64,000 nt of DNA from Thermoplasmata archaeon (GTDB lineage Archaea > Thermoplasmatota > Thermoplasmata > Thermoplasmatales > GCA-001856825), in contig JAGDXP010000002.1 in assembly GCA_023256475.1 (NCBI GenBank), positions 109,747 to 173,746 on the forward strand, given 5' to 3'. Positions 1 through 12,909 of this stretch are shown here, one piece after another (the first letter of the stretch is position 1; every line of letters begins with the position of its first letter). The position numbers and the translations under genes are program-made. The notes under the pieces were generated by a model, which saw only the letters and a program-made list of their open reading frames with translations, was not told the origin of the DNA and made no database searches.

Positions 1-218
1 TTGGCAGGGCAGGGTACCTTAAGGGGAGTAGCATAAAAAGTAAGAAAATAATCGTGGACATAGGAATAAATGTAGTTGAAAATAAGGTTATGGGAGATTT
101 TCAAATGGATGGAAAGTTTGAACATATAGACTACACACCCGTTCCAGGTGGCGTTGGGACCGTGACGTCGGCAGAAATACTGATGAATGCGCTAAAGCTC
201 AAGATGAGATCTAAATAA
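1..218 (+). CDS. folD: Methylenetetrahydrofolate dehydrogenase/cyclohydrolase FolD, C-terminal fragment (5' end outside window)
   Basis: Own frame-3 translation gives ...KIIVDIGINVVENKVMGDF...IDYTPVPGGVGTVTSAEILMNALKLKMRSK with stop TAA at 216-218. VDxGIN and TPVPGGVGxxT are conserved FolD C-terminal motifs. Confidence 0.6.
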   Translation, partial: GRAGYLKGSSIKSKKIIVDIGINVVENKVMGDFQMDGKFEHIDYTPVPGGVGTVTSAEILMNALKLKMRSK

Positions 219-321
219 TCTATTATAGGTATAAATTAAAAATTCAAATCAATTTGGGCCGATATCCCCACATAAGATTTATTAATATTTAATCCATACA
301 GTTCGGCTTAGGTGTAAATAA

Positions 322-678
322 ATGGGAGTCCTAGATCGTTCATCAAGAGAAAAACTCATTAGTGAGATGAAAAAATTAGCTATTGAAAACAAATCAGCCT
401 TCTGGAAGGACATAGCAGAGAGGCTCGATAAGCCTATTAACAATCTGAGCGAGGTAAATGTTGGCAAAATATCAAGGTTTGCCAAATCCGGAGAGATTGT
501 AGTTGTTCCAGGAGTCGTTCTTGGAGCTGGTTCTGTAGATGAGCCCATTACTGTGGCAGCCCTCTACTTTTCAGAAACAGCTAAAAAGAAAATTGAGGAG
601 GCTGGGGGGAAGATTTATACTCTGAAGGAATTAATGGAATTGAACAAAACTGGAAGTAAATTGAGGATAATGGGGTAA
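322..678 (+). CDS. rpl18e: 50S ribosomal protein eL18 (L18e)
   Basis: 118-aa basic protein at the head of the conserved archaeal L18e-L13-S9-RpoN cluster. The sequence pattern is typical of L18e. Confidence 0.8.
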   Translation: MGVLDRSSREKLISEMKKLAIENKSAFWKDIAERLDKPINNLSEVNVGKISRFAKSGEIVVVPGVVLGAGSVDEPITVAALYFSETAKKKIEEAGGKIYTLKELMELNKTGSKLRIMG

Positions 679-683
679 TTAAA

Positions 684-1121
684 ATGAGGGTAATTGATGC
701 ATCAAATATGATAATGGGAAGGCTTTGCTCATATGTAGCAAAGGAACTCCTTACAAAAGATGATGAAATTGTAATAGTAAATGCAGAAAAAGTTATGATA
801 ACCGGAAAAAAGGAAACTGTTCTGGAAAGGTTCAAAACTGAGAGGGATGTAGGATCGGTAAGGAAGGGTCCGAGATTCCCAAAGGAGCCAGATCGAATTC
901 TCAGAAGAACGGTCAGGGGAATGCTGCCCATGAAGACAAGCAGGGGAAAAAATGCCTACAAAAGGTTGAAAGTTTATGTTAGCATTCCTGAAGAATTTAA
1001 AAATTCCAATATAGAGGTTTTGGAAGAACTTAAGAACAAGCATATTAATAATGTGATAAGCCTATTGGAAGTTTCAAGGCAATTGGGCTCAAAGGTGAGG
1101 GTAAATGACAGCAGTAATTGA
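684..1121 (+). CDS. rpl13: 50S ribosomal protein uL13
   Basis: 145 aa. The N-terminus VIDASNMIMGRLCSYVAKELL is the typical uL13 signature. Conserved cluster position. Confidence 0.9.
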   Translation: MRVIDASNMIMGRLCSYVAKELLTKDDEIVIVNAEKVMITGKKETVLERFKTERDVGSVRKGPRFPKEPDRILRRTVRGMLPMKTSRGKNAYKRLKVYVSIPEEFKNSNIEVLEELKNKHINNVISLLEVSRQLGSKVRVNDSSN

Positions 1122-1506
1122 AACAAGCGGCAGCAGGAAAACTGCTGTAGCTAGGGCAACAATAAGAGAGGGTCAGGGTAGAATCAGGATCAATGGTATA
1201 CCACTGGAAATTTATGGTAGCGAACTTGCAAGAATGAAGATAATGGAACCACTGATGCTTGCAGGTGATAAGGTATCGAAGATCGACATTTCTGTGAATG
1301 TAAAGGGCGGAGGCCCCATGGGACAGGCAGATGCAGTTAGGACTGCCATATCAAGAGCCATAGTAGCATATTTCAAAGATGAAGAACTGGCAAATGCATT
1401 TAAAGGATTTGACAGGACCCTATTGGTTAATGACGTAAGAATGAAGCTGCCAAAGAAACCTGGAGGAAGAGGAGCCAGGAAGAAGAGGCAGAAATCATAC
1501 AGGTGA
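1105..1506 (+). CDS. rps9: 30S ribosomal protein uS9
   Basis: 133 aa ending GGRGARKKRQKSYR, the conserved uS9 tail. It overlaps rpl13 by 17 nt. Confidence 0.9.
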   Translation: MTAVIETSGSRKTAVARATIREGQGRIRINGIPLEIYGSELARMKIMEPLMLAGDKVSKIDISVNVKGGGPMGQADAVRTAISRAIVAYFKDEELANAFKGFDRTLLVNDVRMKLPKKPGGRGARKKRQKSYR

Positions 1507-1510
1507 AATA

Positions 1511-1732
1511 ATGATTATACCTGTAAGATGCTTCAGCTGTGGGAGAGTAATCGCATCTGATTATGTTAGATTCAAAGATAAGATGGATAAAATTAGAACA
1601 GAGCATAAGAGAGAGCCAACTCCAGAGGAGATTTCGGCGACGCTTGACGAATTAGGAGTTACCAGGTACTGCTGCAGGAGAATGATAATCTCTCAGGCTG
1701 ATTTGTTGCAAGAAATATTGCCATTTGACTGA
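1511..1732 (+). CDS. rpoN: DNA-directed RNA polymerase subunit N (Rpo10)
   Basis: 73 aa. MIIPVRCFSCG...YCCRRM are the zinc-binding motifs of RpoN/Rpb10. Confidence 0.9.
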   Translation: MIIPVRCFSCGRVIASDYVRFKDKMDKIRTEHKREPTPEEISATLDELGVTRYCCRRMIISQADLLQEILPFD

Positions 1733-1734
1733 AT

Positions 1735-1809
1735 GGGACCGTAGGGTAGCCTGGACCATCCTACCAGCTTGGGGTGTTGGTGACCGGAGTTCAAATCTCC
1801 GCGGTCCCA
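1735..1809 (+). tRNA. tRNA-Pro (anticodon GGG in best register; an alternative register gives UGG, also Pro)
   Basis: Manual cloverleaf. Acceptor GGGACCG pairs with CGGTCCC. T-arm is CGGAG-TTCAAAT-CTCCG. Anticodon arm is CCAGC-TTGGGGT-GTTGG. D-arm contains GG, the discriminator is A, and no CCA is encoded. Confidence 0.8.
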
Positions 1810-1976
1810 TCATTGTTAGTAAATAATTTATATATTCTTAATTTAATTATTTCAGACTTCAAAATTAAAAGTCTGTTCCTACGTTTTAAGCAATATTGAA
1901 TTTGAGGTTCCAAATTATATCACCAACAAGATGAAAGACATACAAAAAAAGTTATTGGATCACTAGGGTATAAATT

Positions 1977-3260
1977 TCATTTGGGATTAACAAAATTCCA
2001 GCTGTGATCAACTTTTGTCCATGGTGATGGTATAATATCCTCAAGGTGACCTCTTAGCCATTCATATTCTGGATGCTTTTGAATGTGCTCATTGGCCTTG
2101 AAAGGAATGTCACAGGGTTTTCCCCATTTAACCCATGAGCTTCCCATTAATGCCATTTTTCCCGTTACAACCTTTCCGTCTATGGATCCGGTGGTGAAAT
2201 AAGGCGGTCTTTTATCGAATTTATCCAGCCTAGGCTCGTTTTCCCTGTGCCCACATACTGTGTTTTTACCTGGAAATTCCTTCCTGAGGGATAGATCGTA
2301 ATGATCTGCCAGTAATTTTTTAGCGCTATCAATATCAAGTTTGCTATTTCTCAGAAATTGTTCCATCCTGATGTATCGGCTTGTATCGGAATCATCAAAA
2401 GAATCGTATTCTATCTTTACTTCTTCCTCAAGGTTATCAAACTGTACCCTATTGCTGGATACAATGAAACCTTCCCTTTTCTTAACTACCGCATAATTGA
2501 ACGTTCCCAGCTCCAATAACCCTATTCCATCCTTGCTTCCAATGAGATAATCGTTGGCATAGGCCCCATTGTTATTATGTGTTAGATTATAGATTACACC
2601 CTCCATATCACTGGAGAATTGTATGGCCTTCCTGAGCCTTTGGAACAGTGGTTCCCCTTCAATATTGAACGTCTTTATTCCATCAATTGTAGTTTCAGAT
2701 ATCGCTATGCCTTTTGAGTTGTAATAGAAGTCAGTGAAACTGAACAGTAATCCTGGTGCACTTTGCATTGCGAATGGAAATCCCCTATCCGGATTGTAGA
2801 TAAAGAGGAATTTGAAACTGTTTGCAGTATAATATCTCCACCAGGTTGTGTGTGCTAGGATATAATCACCATCTGAAGTATACCTCCCATTGGCAATGAA
2901 AGATGTGCAGCTTGTATCAGAAGGAATTTTCTTTATCCAAGAGAAATAACTATCTATTTCTGCAATGGTATTCAGTGTTGCAATATCCTCAAATGAGATT
3001 TCATATCCTTTTTTCCTGGCTCCATGAACAATACCTAAAATTTCTTCAATTATATCCTCACTGAATTTTCCATAGAAATTGTCCATGGAAAATCCCCTAA
3101 ACCATTCCCAGCTCTTTCCATAATCATTCTCAAGGGCAAATTTGAACCTATTTATGACCCTTAAAATTTCATTTCCCAATTTTTCACCATGCTCCAGGCC
3201 CATTTCGTATGGACTTCCGTCAAATTTGTAAATATTGAATGCATCTTCTCTTATTGGCAT
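1977..3260 (-). CDS. Peptidase C45 / acyl-CoA:6-APA acyltransferase-like Ntn hydrolase
   Basis: 427 aa. The N-terminus F..DGSPYEMGLEHGEKLG resembles the C45 family pro-region. An internal TSCTSF could supply the self-processed nucleophile Cys. Confidence 0.5.
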   Translation of the reverse strand: MPIREDAFNIYKFDGSPYEMGLEHGEKLGNEILRVINRFKFALENDYGKSWEWFRGFSMDNFYGKFSEDIIEEILGIVHGARKKGYEISFEDIATLNTIAEIDSYFSWIKKIPSDTSCTSFIANGRYTSDGDYILAHTTWWRYYTANSFKFLFIYNPDRGFPFAMQSAPGLLFSFTDFYYNSKGIAISETTIDGIKTFNIEGEPLFQRLRKAIQFSSDMEGVIYNLTHNNNGAYANDYLIGSKDGIGLLELGTFNYAVVKKREGFIVSSNRVQFDNLEEEVKIEYDSFDDSDTSRYIRMEQFLRNSKLDIDSAKKLLADHYDLSLRKEFPGKNTVCGHRENEPRLDKFDKRPPYFTTGSIDGKVVTGKMALMGSSWVKWGKPCDIPFKANEHIQKHPEYEWLRGHLEDIIPSPWTKVDHSWNFVNPK

Positions 3261-3508
3261 TAGAGAATAATCATAACAGAATAATTTAGATTTCTATACG
3301 ATTGAAATAGAAAGAATTACATTTAAGTTTTCAATTGCCTTGGAGATTTGAAATGAAAGTTGAGAGGAAGATAGGGAAATTCGTAATTATTGTTGACCAG
3401 GAAGAAAAACCAGATGATGAAGGGCAATACTGCCGCTCTGGCAAATGTGCGTAAATTTTCCAATATTTATGATGTAGAAACGTGTAAATACAAGTAAAAA
3501 GTATTCTA

Positions 3509-3697
3509 TTGATGGCTAAGCTCACCATTTATTGCAGAGACCTTGGAAATGATTGTGATTTTCAAGCGAGCAGCAAGTATGTGGATGACTTGATCTATAA
3601 AATTGGGGAACATCTCTACGTTAAGCACGGGGTGACCCAATTAAATGATGAAATAAAAGACAGAATAAAATGGAAGATCAAGATTAAAAATATCTAA
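3509..3697 (+). CDS. Small DUF1059-like metal-binding protein
   Basis: 62 aa. The pattern CRDLGNDCDF...EHLYVKH (C..G.dC.f ... H....H) is typical of DUF1059. Confidence 0.45.
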   Translation: MMAKLTIYCRDLGNDCDFQASSKYVDDLIYKIGEHLYVKHGVTQLNDEIKDRIKWKIKIKNI

Positions 3698-4000
3698 TCA
3701 CAACGAATTGATGGCATTGGTGGTTTCTACCACTGCCTTTTCGATATCCTTGTACTTTCTGTTTATTAATTCCTTCAATTCCTCCGGTGCATCCTTAATA
3801 TTTAGTATGTTCAACAGGTGCTGAAGTTCGCTGTCCAGTAGTTGCGAAAGAACAGACAATTTTCCACTGTTTTGTTCATCTACATTCTTTGATTTTTCCG
3901 ATATGAAACAATGGTAATGCACTGCACCGCTTTTGGTAAATGTAAACTTCTGCCCTGTGACCACAGGTTTATTGCAAACATAGCATGTGAACTTTGCCAT
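3698..4000 (-). CDS. Conserved archaeal Cys/His small protein (possibly DUF2175-like)
   Basis: 100 aa. N-terminal CYVCNKPV...GAVHYHC looks like a zinc-binding knuckle, followed by a helical C-terminal half. The family assignment is from memory only. Confidence 0.35.
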   Translation of the reverse strand: MAKFTCYVCNKPVVTGQKFTFTKSGAVHYHCFISEKSKNVDEQNSGKLSVLSQLLDSELQHLLNILNIKDAPEELKELINRKYKDIEKAVVETTNAINSL

Positions 4001-4027
4001 GTATCTCTATAAATTAAAGATAAAAAA

Positions 4028-5980
4028 TTATTTTGTTTCGCAGAAACTGATTTCTAGAGATTTGGTTGAAATTTCATCCCTTACCTTTGCAATAAATTCT
4101 TCTACGCTCACGAGGTTTCTTTGTCTCATCTTCCTATCTCTTACTGATATCTTCCCCTGTGATGCCTCCTTATCACCGATTATAACAGCATAGGGGATCT
4201 TTTCATCGTGCGCATTTCTGATCTTCTTGCTTATTGTGTTGGGTGAAGCATCTAGCTCAACCCTTATTCTTTCACCCTTCAATTTATTGTAAACTTCATT
4301 GGCATAAGGAACAGCGCTTTCACCAACAGTCAGTATCCTTACCTGGATAGGGGATAACCACAATGGAAAAGCTCCAGCGAAATGCTCTATTATAATTCCC
4401 ATGAATCTGTCAAGTGTACCATATATGGCCCTGTGTATCATCACCGGATGGTGGTATTGGTTGTTCTCATCAACATATTTAAGATCAAAGTGATTTTCAT
4501 CGGGCATAAAGAAGTCTAGCTGTATGGTGCTCAGTTGCCAATACCTGCCTATGGCATCCCTTACATCAACATCAATTTTAGGCCCATAGAATGCTGCCTC
4601 CCCTTCCTTTATCTCATAGGGCAAACCTCTGGATTCCAGGACTTCTTTTAATTTGGCCGTGGCCACTGACCACACTTCGTCAGAACCTGCATATTTTTCC
4701 TTGTTATTTTCATCCCTAGTACTCAGCTTGAATCTTAATTCCTTTATACCAAATGTTTTGTAATAAACCTCCTGGATTATGTCTATTAGTTTTCCCACTT
4801 CCTGGTCTATCTGATCAATTCTAACGAAGGCATGCCCATCATCCTGTGTGAGTGATCTCACCCTTAGGAGGCCATTGGTTACTCCCGACCTTTCATACCT
4901 GTAAACTGTTCCAAATTCCGAATATCTTGCTGGCATTTCCTTGTAACTCCAAGCCTTTCTCTGGAATATGAGAATGTGACCGGGACAATTCATTGGCTTC
5001 ATACCGTACTCCTCGCCGTCAAGTTCCATTAGAAACATATTTTCTCTATAATGGTTCATGTGACCCGATTTTTCCCACAGTGTTGTTCTGAATGCGTGGG
5101 GAGTCCATACCTCCTCATAACCTGCCTTGGCATTGAGCTCCCTCATATAATCAACAAGCTCATTTCTTATGATTACTCCCTTTGGCGTGTATATGGGAAA
5201 AGCTGGACCGTATTCAGGGCGCATAATGAATAGGTCAAGTTCCGCTCCAATCTTTCTGTGGTCCCTCTTCTTGGCTTCTTCCACCATATTTAGGTACTGT
5301 TCAAGCTCCTCTTTAGTGGGAAAAGCAGTGCCATATATCCTTACCAGTTTCGGATTTTCCTCCTTTCCTCTCCAGAATGCGGTTGAAACATTCAGGAGCT
5401 TGAATGCCTTAATGTACCCCGTGGACGGTACATGTGGGCCCGTGCAGAATTCCACATAGTTACCCTGTTTGTATGCCGTTGATTTTCCTCCGTTTTCCAC
5501 TTCTTCCCTTATGAGCTCGCTCTTGAATGGGTTGTCCTTAAACATATTGAGCAATTCTTCCTTCGCAAGTACCATTTTCTCTATTTTGTAATTTCTGTTC
5601 GATATCTCCCTCATCTTATCCTCTATCTTCTTCAAATCTTCTGATGAGATTGGAGGCATCTCAATATCGTAATAGAAACCCGGTGGGTCTTCCACGGGTG
5701 GTCCAATAGTAGGTTTAGCGTTTGGATAGAGTTCCGTTACTGCGTGAGCCAGAAGATGTGCAGCTGAATGCCTTAATATCTCAATGCCTTCTTTGCTGTG
5801 GATGGAGACTGGTTCTAGTGTACCTTCAGTAACTGTATCAGTTAAATCTATTAATTTACCATTCAATTTGGCTGCAATTATATCCTTATCCAAACCCAAT
5901 TCCCTAAATATCTCTTCTGCTGTTTTCCCCCCTTGTACAGTTGTTTCCTTTTTAGGGGTCAATTTTACTACTACGGACAT
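4028..5980 (-). CDS. thrS: Threonyl-tRNA synthetase
   Basis: 650 aa. It has an N-terminal TGS-like domain, the HSAAHLLAH editing-domain motif, class II core motifs (RVRSLTQDDGH, HRAIYGTLDRF) and a C-terminal anticodon-binding domain. Confidence 0.95.
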   Translation of the reverse strand: MSVVVKLTPKKETTVQGGKTAEEIFRELGLDKDIIAAKLNGKLIDLTDTVTEGTLEPVSIHSKEGIEILRHSAAHLLAHAVTELYPNAKPTIGPPVEDPPGFYYDIEMPPISSEDLKKIEDKMREISNRNYKIEKMVLAKEELLNMFKDNPFKSELIREEVENGGKSTAYKQGNYVEFCTGPHVPSTGYIKAFKLLNVSTAFWRGKEENPKLVRIYGTAFPTKEELEQYLNMVEEAKKRDHRKIGAELDLFIMRPEYGPAFPIYTPKGVIIRNELVDYMRELNAKAGYEEVWTPHAFRTTLWEKSGHMNHYRENMFLMELDGEEYGMKPMNCPGHILIFQRKAWSYKEMPARYSEFGTVYRYERSGVTNGLLRVRSLTQDDGHAFVRIDQIDQEVGKLIDIIQEVYYKTFGIKELRFKLSTRDENNKEKYAGSDEVWSVATAKLKEVLESRGLPYEIKEGEAAFYGPKIDVDVRDAIGRYWQLSTIQLDFFMPDENHFDLKYVDENNQYHHPVMIHRAIYGTLDRFMGIIIEHFAGAFPLWLSPIQVRILTVGESAVPYANEVYNKLKGERIRVELDASPNTISKKIRNAHDEKIPYAVIIGDKEASQGKISVRDRKMRQRNLVSVEEFIAKVRDEISTKSLEISFCETK

Positions 5981-6207
5981 GGTTGATTAATGGGACATAT
6001 TATTTTATTTTTATGAGGGTGAAAATTATCAAATCTTTTAGGGATTTAACTCATTTCTTCCAGTATCAAAGTGAATAGAAGACCATTTATCAATTACTTA
6101 ATTCTTTAAAGATATGAAATGCTGACATCTGCAAACAAATATACGCGGTTCTTCATTTCAATATATAACCAACAATAATTTTTTAAGTAGATTAAATTAC
6201 AGTAGCA

Positions 6208-7386
6208 ATGAAATTCTACCTTGAAAACTATGGATGCACTCTGAATCAGGCTCAGGGGGAAATGATCGCATCTTCCCTCATATCACAGGGGAATTCCCTA
6301 GTGGATGATATAAATGAAGCTGATTCAGTCCTTATTTCAACTTGCATTGTTATAGATCATACAGAGAAGAAAATGCTGAAAAGGATAGACGAATTTAAAA
6401 AATTGGGAAAGAATGTTTTGGTATCCGGATGTCTGACCCATTATAAGCTTCCAGATGTAAAAAACATTTCCTTCGAAGTCTCTAGAGGGAATCTCCCATT
6501 GATTAAGCCCAACGACCTTTCGGCAGGCATACCCATCGCCGAGGGCTGTGATGGTGGGTGCAGTTTCTGTATCTCCAGGCTGGCAAGAGGTAGGTTGAAA
6601 TCCTATTCCAGAGAGGAAATTTTGAGTACCATAGAAGGGGCTGTAGAGAAGGGTGCTAGAGAAATCAGGCTCACGGCATTAGATACGGGCAGTTATGGTT
6701 ACGATATGGATTCAAGTCTTCCAGAATTGATGAAGGAAATTAAGAAAATGAAAGGTGACTTCATGGTCAGGATCGGAATGATGGAACCCGAACATTTTGT
6801 AGAGATTCAGGAGGAGCTACTCGATGTAATGAGGGACAAAAGATTCTACAAGTTCCTTCATCTTCCATTTCAGAGCGGCGATCCAATGATACTGAAAAAA
6901 ATGGGTAGAAAATACAGGATTGAAGATTTTGTAGAAGGTGTGAAGAAATTCAGGGACGTGTTTCCAGACTCCATGCTTAGCACAGATGTAATAGTTGGAT
7001 TCCCATTTGAAAATGTACAATCATTGATTAAGACGAAAGAAGTGATTTCGGCAACAGAACCCGAGATACTCAATATAACTAAGTATTCTCCAAGACCTGG
7101 AACCGTAGCCTACAACTGGAAAACTCCGCCTACCAACCAGACTGCAACTTGGTCCCAGATATTCTCAGAACTCCATAGAGAGATATCAGAGAGGAGAATG
7201 AAAAGGTATGTGGGCAGGGAGTTTGAGGCCCTGGTTGTAGAAATAGGCAAAGATAACACCTTCATCGCCAGGGATGAATTCTATCACCCCATAGTACTCA
7301 AAAATGTACAACTTGGCCAGAAGTTAAGGGTAAAGATAATTAATTCGACTCCATTCTATTTAATCGGTGAGAATGGACAAGAATGA
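6208..7386 (+). CDS. MiaB-like radical-SAM tRNA methylthiotransferase (archaeal type)
   Basis: 392 aa. N-terminal UPF0004 domain (ENYGCTLNQ), radical SAM motif CDGGCSFC, and a C-terminal TRAM-like domain. Confidence 0.85.
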   Translation: MKFYLENYGCTLNQAQGEMIASSLISQGNSLVDDINEADSVLISTCIVIDHTEKKMLKRIDEFKKLGKNVLVSGCLTHYKLPDVKNISFEVSRGNLPLIKPNDLSAGIPIAEGCDGGCSFCISRLARGRLKSYSREEILSTIEGAVEKGAREIRLTALDTGSYGYDMDSSLPELMKEIKKMKGDFMVRIGMMEPEHFVEIQEELLDVMRDKRFYKFLHLPFQSGDPMILKKMGRKYRIEDFVEGVKKFRDVFPDSMLSTDVIVGFPFENVQSLIKTKEVISATEPEILNITKYSPRPGTVAYNWKTPPTNQTATWSQIFSELHREISERRMKRYVGREFEALVVEIGKDNTFIARDEFYHPIVLKNVQLGQKLRVKIINSTPFYLIGENGQE

Positions 7387-8011
7387 ATTTAATGATAATA
7401 TTTCATTGAATTCTAGACTTCTGGATCTGCTTTCAAAAATATTGAGGGGTGAAAATGTAAATGAGGAAGAGGCCAATTTCCTGATTACCAACGGTTATGC
7501 CACCATGAATTCTGGCGTATTGCAGCCCACCCACAAGGCCAAAGAAAAGATGGAACAGCTGAGAAATAAGATGGATGTGTTGAATTTTTATAACTATCAC
7601 CCATATTTGAGGCCAGCCGTAACTGTTGACGGTATAATTTTCTATAAAGGCAATTTAGTTCTAATAAAGAGGGGGAATGAACCCTATAAGGGACTTTACG
7701 CATTGCCGGGGGGTTATGTTAATTACAACGAAAGCGTTGAAGATGCATTCCTCAGGGAAATGAAAGAAGAAATTGGAGTTGACGTATATCATTGGAAGCT
7801 GTTTACAGTTTTATCGGATCCGAAAAGAGATCCAAGGGGGCATACCATTTCCATAGTTTTTGAAGGAACAGCTTACGATGAACCCAAGGCAGGTGACGAT
7901 GCTTCTGAAGTTTTCCTGATGAAAGAAGAAGATGCAATAAAATTAGAGATGGCTTTTGACCATCAGGAAGTAATTAAAAAATTCATTCAATGTAAATCCT
8001 TGCCACGTTGA
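7367..8011 (+). CDS. NUDIX hydrolase with ~85-aa N-terminal extra domain
   Basis: Nudix box GGYVNYNESVEDAFLREMKEEIGV. It overlaps the upstream gene by 20 nt, and the true start may be an internal Met. Confidence 0.8.
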   Translation: MRMDKNEFNDNISLNSRLLDLLSKILRGENVNEEEANFLITNGYATMNSGVLQPTHKAKEKMEQLRNKMDVLNFYNYHPYLRPAVTVDGIIFYKGNLVLIKRGNEPYKGLYALPGGYVNYNESVEDAFLREMKEEIGVDVYHWKLFTVLSDPKRDPRGHTISIVFEGTAYDEPKAGDDASEVFLMKEEDAIKLEMAFDHQEVIKKFIQCKSLPR

Positions 8012-8414
8012 AGTATCTCTTGCTTATGTTCATAGCTGTATGAAGATTCTTAGCACCTTTTCCAAGGGCACTTGCCTTGTAGGCTGGATCTACCTTCACG
8101 TTCACTATTAAACCCTTTTCTCCGGAAGTGACACTGAGTGATACAACCTTGTAGCGATAGAACAGATTCCTGAAGAATTTTTCAGGATCTTCGTCATAAT
8201 CAAGAACGTTGATTTTCTTTTTTAGAGATTCCTTAAGGTTCTCGAAAATCTGCTTCTTCTTTTCGTCCTTAAAGAGTCTGTATGTTTCCCCTTTTTCCAC
8301 AATCAGGTAGATGAAATCCTCTACCTCAATAACATCCTTAACCTTCACTCCCAGATTAGATTCAAACAACTGTATTAATTCTAGAGCCCTTGTGTCCAGT
8401 GTTATTTCTCCCAA
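7983..8414 (-). CDS. nusA: Archaeal NusA-like KH-domain transcription factor
   Basis: 143 aa, in the conserved position after rpoA2-L30e. Two-KH-domain-like pattern. Confidence 0.8.
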   Translation of the reverse strand: MGEITLDTRALELIQLFESNLGVKVKDVIEVEDFIYLIVEKGETYRLFKDEKKKQIFENLKESLKKKINVLDYDEDPEKFFRNLFYRYKVVSLSVTSGEKGLIVNVKVDPAYKASALGKGAKNLHTAMNISKRYFNVARIYIE

Positions 8415-8420
8415 ATTCCA

Positions 8421-8693
8421 TCAATCCCCTTTAAGCGCTGAAGAACCTGGTTCAATTATACCCACAATGCTGACGGAGAAAGGTTTTCCGAAAACTGCCC
8501 CCATCTGCATTGAATTCAATTCCGATTCATATTTCTTAACATTCAATTTTCCATATTCCGATTTGAAGTGCGGTTCCGATGAATAAACTACTGCCTTTAT
8601 TTGCCCCTTTTTCAACAGCTTCAGCGTTTCCTTTCTTCCAAGTACATATTTTCCTGTTTCCTTAAGCCTTCCCAATTCCCAATTGTAATCCAA
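8421..8693 (-). CDS. rpl30e: 50S ribosomal protein eL30 (L30e)
   Basis: 90 aa. The TGKYVLGRKETLKLLKKGQIKAVV pattern and its position between rpoA2 and nusA support the call. Confidence 0.8.
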   Translation of the reverse strand: MDYNWELGRLKETGKYVLGRKETLKLLKKGQIKAVVYSSEPHFKSEYGKLNVKKYESELNSMQMGAVFGKPFSVSIVGIIEPGSSALKGD

Positions 8694-8695
8694 AT

Positions 8696-12905
<4,210 letters not shown>

Positions 12906-12909
<4 letters not shown>

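Noticed and set aside
3331-3528. A 65-aa minus-strand ORF, and a 33-aa plus-strand ORF (3353-3454, MKVERKIGKFVIIVDQEEKPDDEGQYCRSGKCA), in the spacer before the DUF1059 gene.
   Set aside because: Neither has recognisable motifs. The minus ORF has an odd composition. The short plus ORF cannot be supported without conservation or expression data.
1810-4000. An integrated element at tRNA-Pro (non-core genes follow the tRNA).
   Set aside because: There is no integrase. I found no direct repeat of the tRNA 3' end. Only three small or ordinary genes lie before thrS.
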